From: Fibrobacteria bacterium
Lineage (GTDB): Bacteria; Fibrobacterota; Fibrobacteria; UBA11236
NCBI GenBank assembly: GCA_041746255.1
Contig: JBGTHM010000113.1
Location: forward strand, 1 to 28,141
DNA: 28,141 bases
Direction: 5' to 3'
Part shown: one piece after another, positions 26,654 to 28,141 of the stretch
Layout: each line of letters starts with the position of its first letter
Position numbering within the stretch: position 1 is the stretch's first letter
Notes under the pieces: model-generated
Told to the model about the DNA's origin: nothing
Seen by the model: only the letters and a program-made list of their open reading frames with translations
Databases searched by the model: none
Position numbers and translations under genes: made by a program

Positions 26654-27712
26654 ATGGGTGCTCGATTCTCCTCCCGGGATAGGCGAAATCCCGACAATCG
26701 CTTCGAACCGGTTTCGATTGAATGGGAGGAAGGATATGCGCAAACCCAGGCCTTACGTTTTCGCGAAGAGCAGGCCCGCACTATTCTCACTGAAAACGAT
26801 AGCCCCGACATCCCTTTCCGCTATAGCGTCAATCCCTATCGGGGTTGCACGCATGCTTGTGCCTATTGTTACGCCCGGCCCACCCACGAATACCTCGGGC
26901 TCGGAGCGGGAACGGATTTCGATACCCAGATTCAAGTCAAGGTAAACGCGCCCGAATTACTGCGCAAGCGTTTCGCTTCCAAGAGTTGGAAAAAGGAAGT
27001 GGTGGTTTTTTCGGGCATCACCGATTGTTACCAGCCCGCCGAGAACCGCTTCCGCCTCACCCGTCAATGTCTGGAAGTTTGCCTGGAAGCCGCAAATCCA
27101 GTGTCCATTATTACTAAATCGAATCTGATCCTGCGTGATCTGGATGTGCTGCGGGCGCTATTGGGTAAGGCCGGCGTGACGGTGACCTTTTCCATTCCCT
27201 TTCTCGATGCAACGATTGCGCGGGCGATGGAGCCCTTCGCTCCTCCTCCGGAGGTTCGTTTCAAAGCCCTGCAAACCCTTGCCGAATGCGGCATTCCCAC
27301 GGGCATATCTTTGGGGCCGGTGATTCCGGGGCTCAACGACGCGCATATACCCGAATTGCTGCGCAGGGCCAAGGCCGGTGGAGCGCGTTTCGCTTTTTAT
27401 GTGATGTTGCGGCTTCCGGGAGCAGTACGCGGGATTTTTCTGGAGAGACTGAAAAGGGAGCTGCCTGAGGTTGCGGGGAAGGTGGCGCATCATTTAAGTG
27501 AAGTGCGGGGAGGGAAGGGGAATGATGCCCGTTTCGGTTCGCGCATGACGGGCGAAGGGAAGATGGCGGAAATGGTGGCTAAGGTGTTCGAGCTGCATTG
27601 CCGGAAGTTGGGTCTGGAGATGTCGGAGGACAAGGCGTTGTATGAAATGCGCCTGCCCGCGGCGGGCGGCGGCACCGAAGATGCAATTCAGATGGGTTTG
27701 TTCAACGTTTAG
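26654..27712 (+). CDS. Radical SAM protein, PA0069/Rv2578c (SplB-like) family
   Basis: SPDIPFRYSVNPYRGCTHACAYCYARPTHEYLG (CxxxCxxC), TDCYQPAE, ITKSNLILRDLD and PVIPGLND. Confidence 0.93.
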   Translation: MGARFSSRDRRNPDNRFEPVSIEWEEGYAQTQALRFREEQARTILTENDSPDIPFRYSVNPYRGCTHACAYCYARPTHEYLGLGAGTDFDTQIQVKVNAPELLRKRFASKSWKKEVVVFSGITDCYQPAENRFRLTRQCLEVCLEAANPVSIITKSNLILRDLDVLRALLGKAGVTVTFSIPFLDATIARAMEPFAPPPEVRFKALQTLAECGIPTGISLGPVIPGLNDAHIPELLRRAKAGGARFAFYVMLRLPGAVRGIFLERLKRELPEVAGKVAHHLSEVRGGKGNDARFGSRMTGEGKMAEMVAKVFELHCRKLGLEMSEDKALYEMRLPAAGGGTEDAIQMGLFNV

Positions 27713-27932
27713 ATGAAGCGCATTGCAATGGGGGTTTCCCCTTCATTGAAGACGAAAAACCATTCGTCCAGCCCATGGTACTTTTATGGGTAACCATTCA
27801 GGATGGTTTTTCTTCTGCCGTAGGGCTTTTTCCATGCACCCAAAATCAGGTTTTAACGGATTTCTCCCAGCCCCTTTCGGGCCAATATTCCTACAGATAA
27901 AAGTTATTTATGTCAATTATTGGTATTTAAAA

Positions 27933-27960
27933 TTGACATTTTTATAAAAAACCGTATTAT
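27933..27960 (+). promoter_or_regulatory. Near-consensus sigma70 promoter in an AT-rich tract
   Basis: TTGACA (27933-27938)-N16-TATTAT (27955-27960), with AT-rich upstream sequence. Confidence 0.55.
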
Positions 27961-28024
27961 AAAATCAAATAGGATTGGAAATTTGGTGCTAATTGTGCCT
28001 AACAGAATAGGACAATCTTGAAAC

Positions 28025-28141
28025 TGCAGAATCCGGTGAAAGTGACCGGGCGATCCGGTTCAAAGTGACCGACAGCCACCCTTGTCATAGCCGGTCACCA
28101 TGGACCGGATTTCAACCGATTAGAAGTTACTCATTGCCGGT
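28025..28141. mobile_element. Terminus of an IS21-family insertion sequence (element continues beyond the window)
   Basis: Begins with TG. Tandem repeats ATCCGGTGAAAGTGACCG (28031-28048) and ATCCGGTTCAAAGTGACCG (28053-28071) plus an inverted copy CGGTCACCATGGACCGGAT (28092-28110). There is an abrupt AT-to-GC shift at the boundary. Multiple subterminal repeats with 5'-TG are characteristic of IS21 ends. Confidence 0.75.

Noticed and set aside
28031..28110. Repeats read as a mini CRISPR array
   Set aside because: The units are almost adjacent with no spacers, one is inverted, and no cas genes are present. The pattern fits an IS end.

Overview
A gene-dense chromosomal region of a diderm bacterium, made up mostly of housekeeping genes. 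A Fibrobacterota-like affiliation is my inference from the gene set and protein style and is unverified. Left to right: the 3' end of a TPR/lipoprotein cluster resembling the Myxococcus Glt envelope machinery (partial TPR gene, GltD/AgmU-like TPR lipoprotein, GltF/CglF-like small exported protein); gpmI; an atypical RlmD-family methyltransferase coupled to a small CbiX-type chelatase; a STAS protein; gcvT-ftsK; an orphan PAS histidine kinase; a long minus-strand block (rnd, tatA, tatC, a TatB-like/5-formyl-THF cyclo-ligase fusion, carA, rlmB, TPR protein, hup, smpB, amidase, yebC, ruvCAB); then trpS, a thioredoxin-like protein and a radical SAM protein. The window ends with a structured intergenic stretch, an AT-rich promoter and the terminus of an IS21-family element. 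The most unusual items are the TatB-like/5-FCL fusion inside the tat operon and the Glt-like cluster with an apparently triplicated C-terminal module. I recognised no rRNA, tRNA or CRISPR array. All assignments come from reading motifs by eye; no searches were run.
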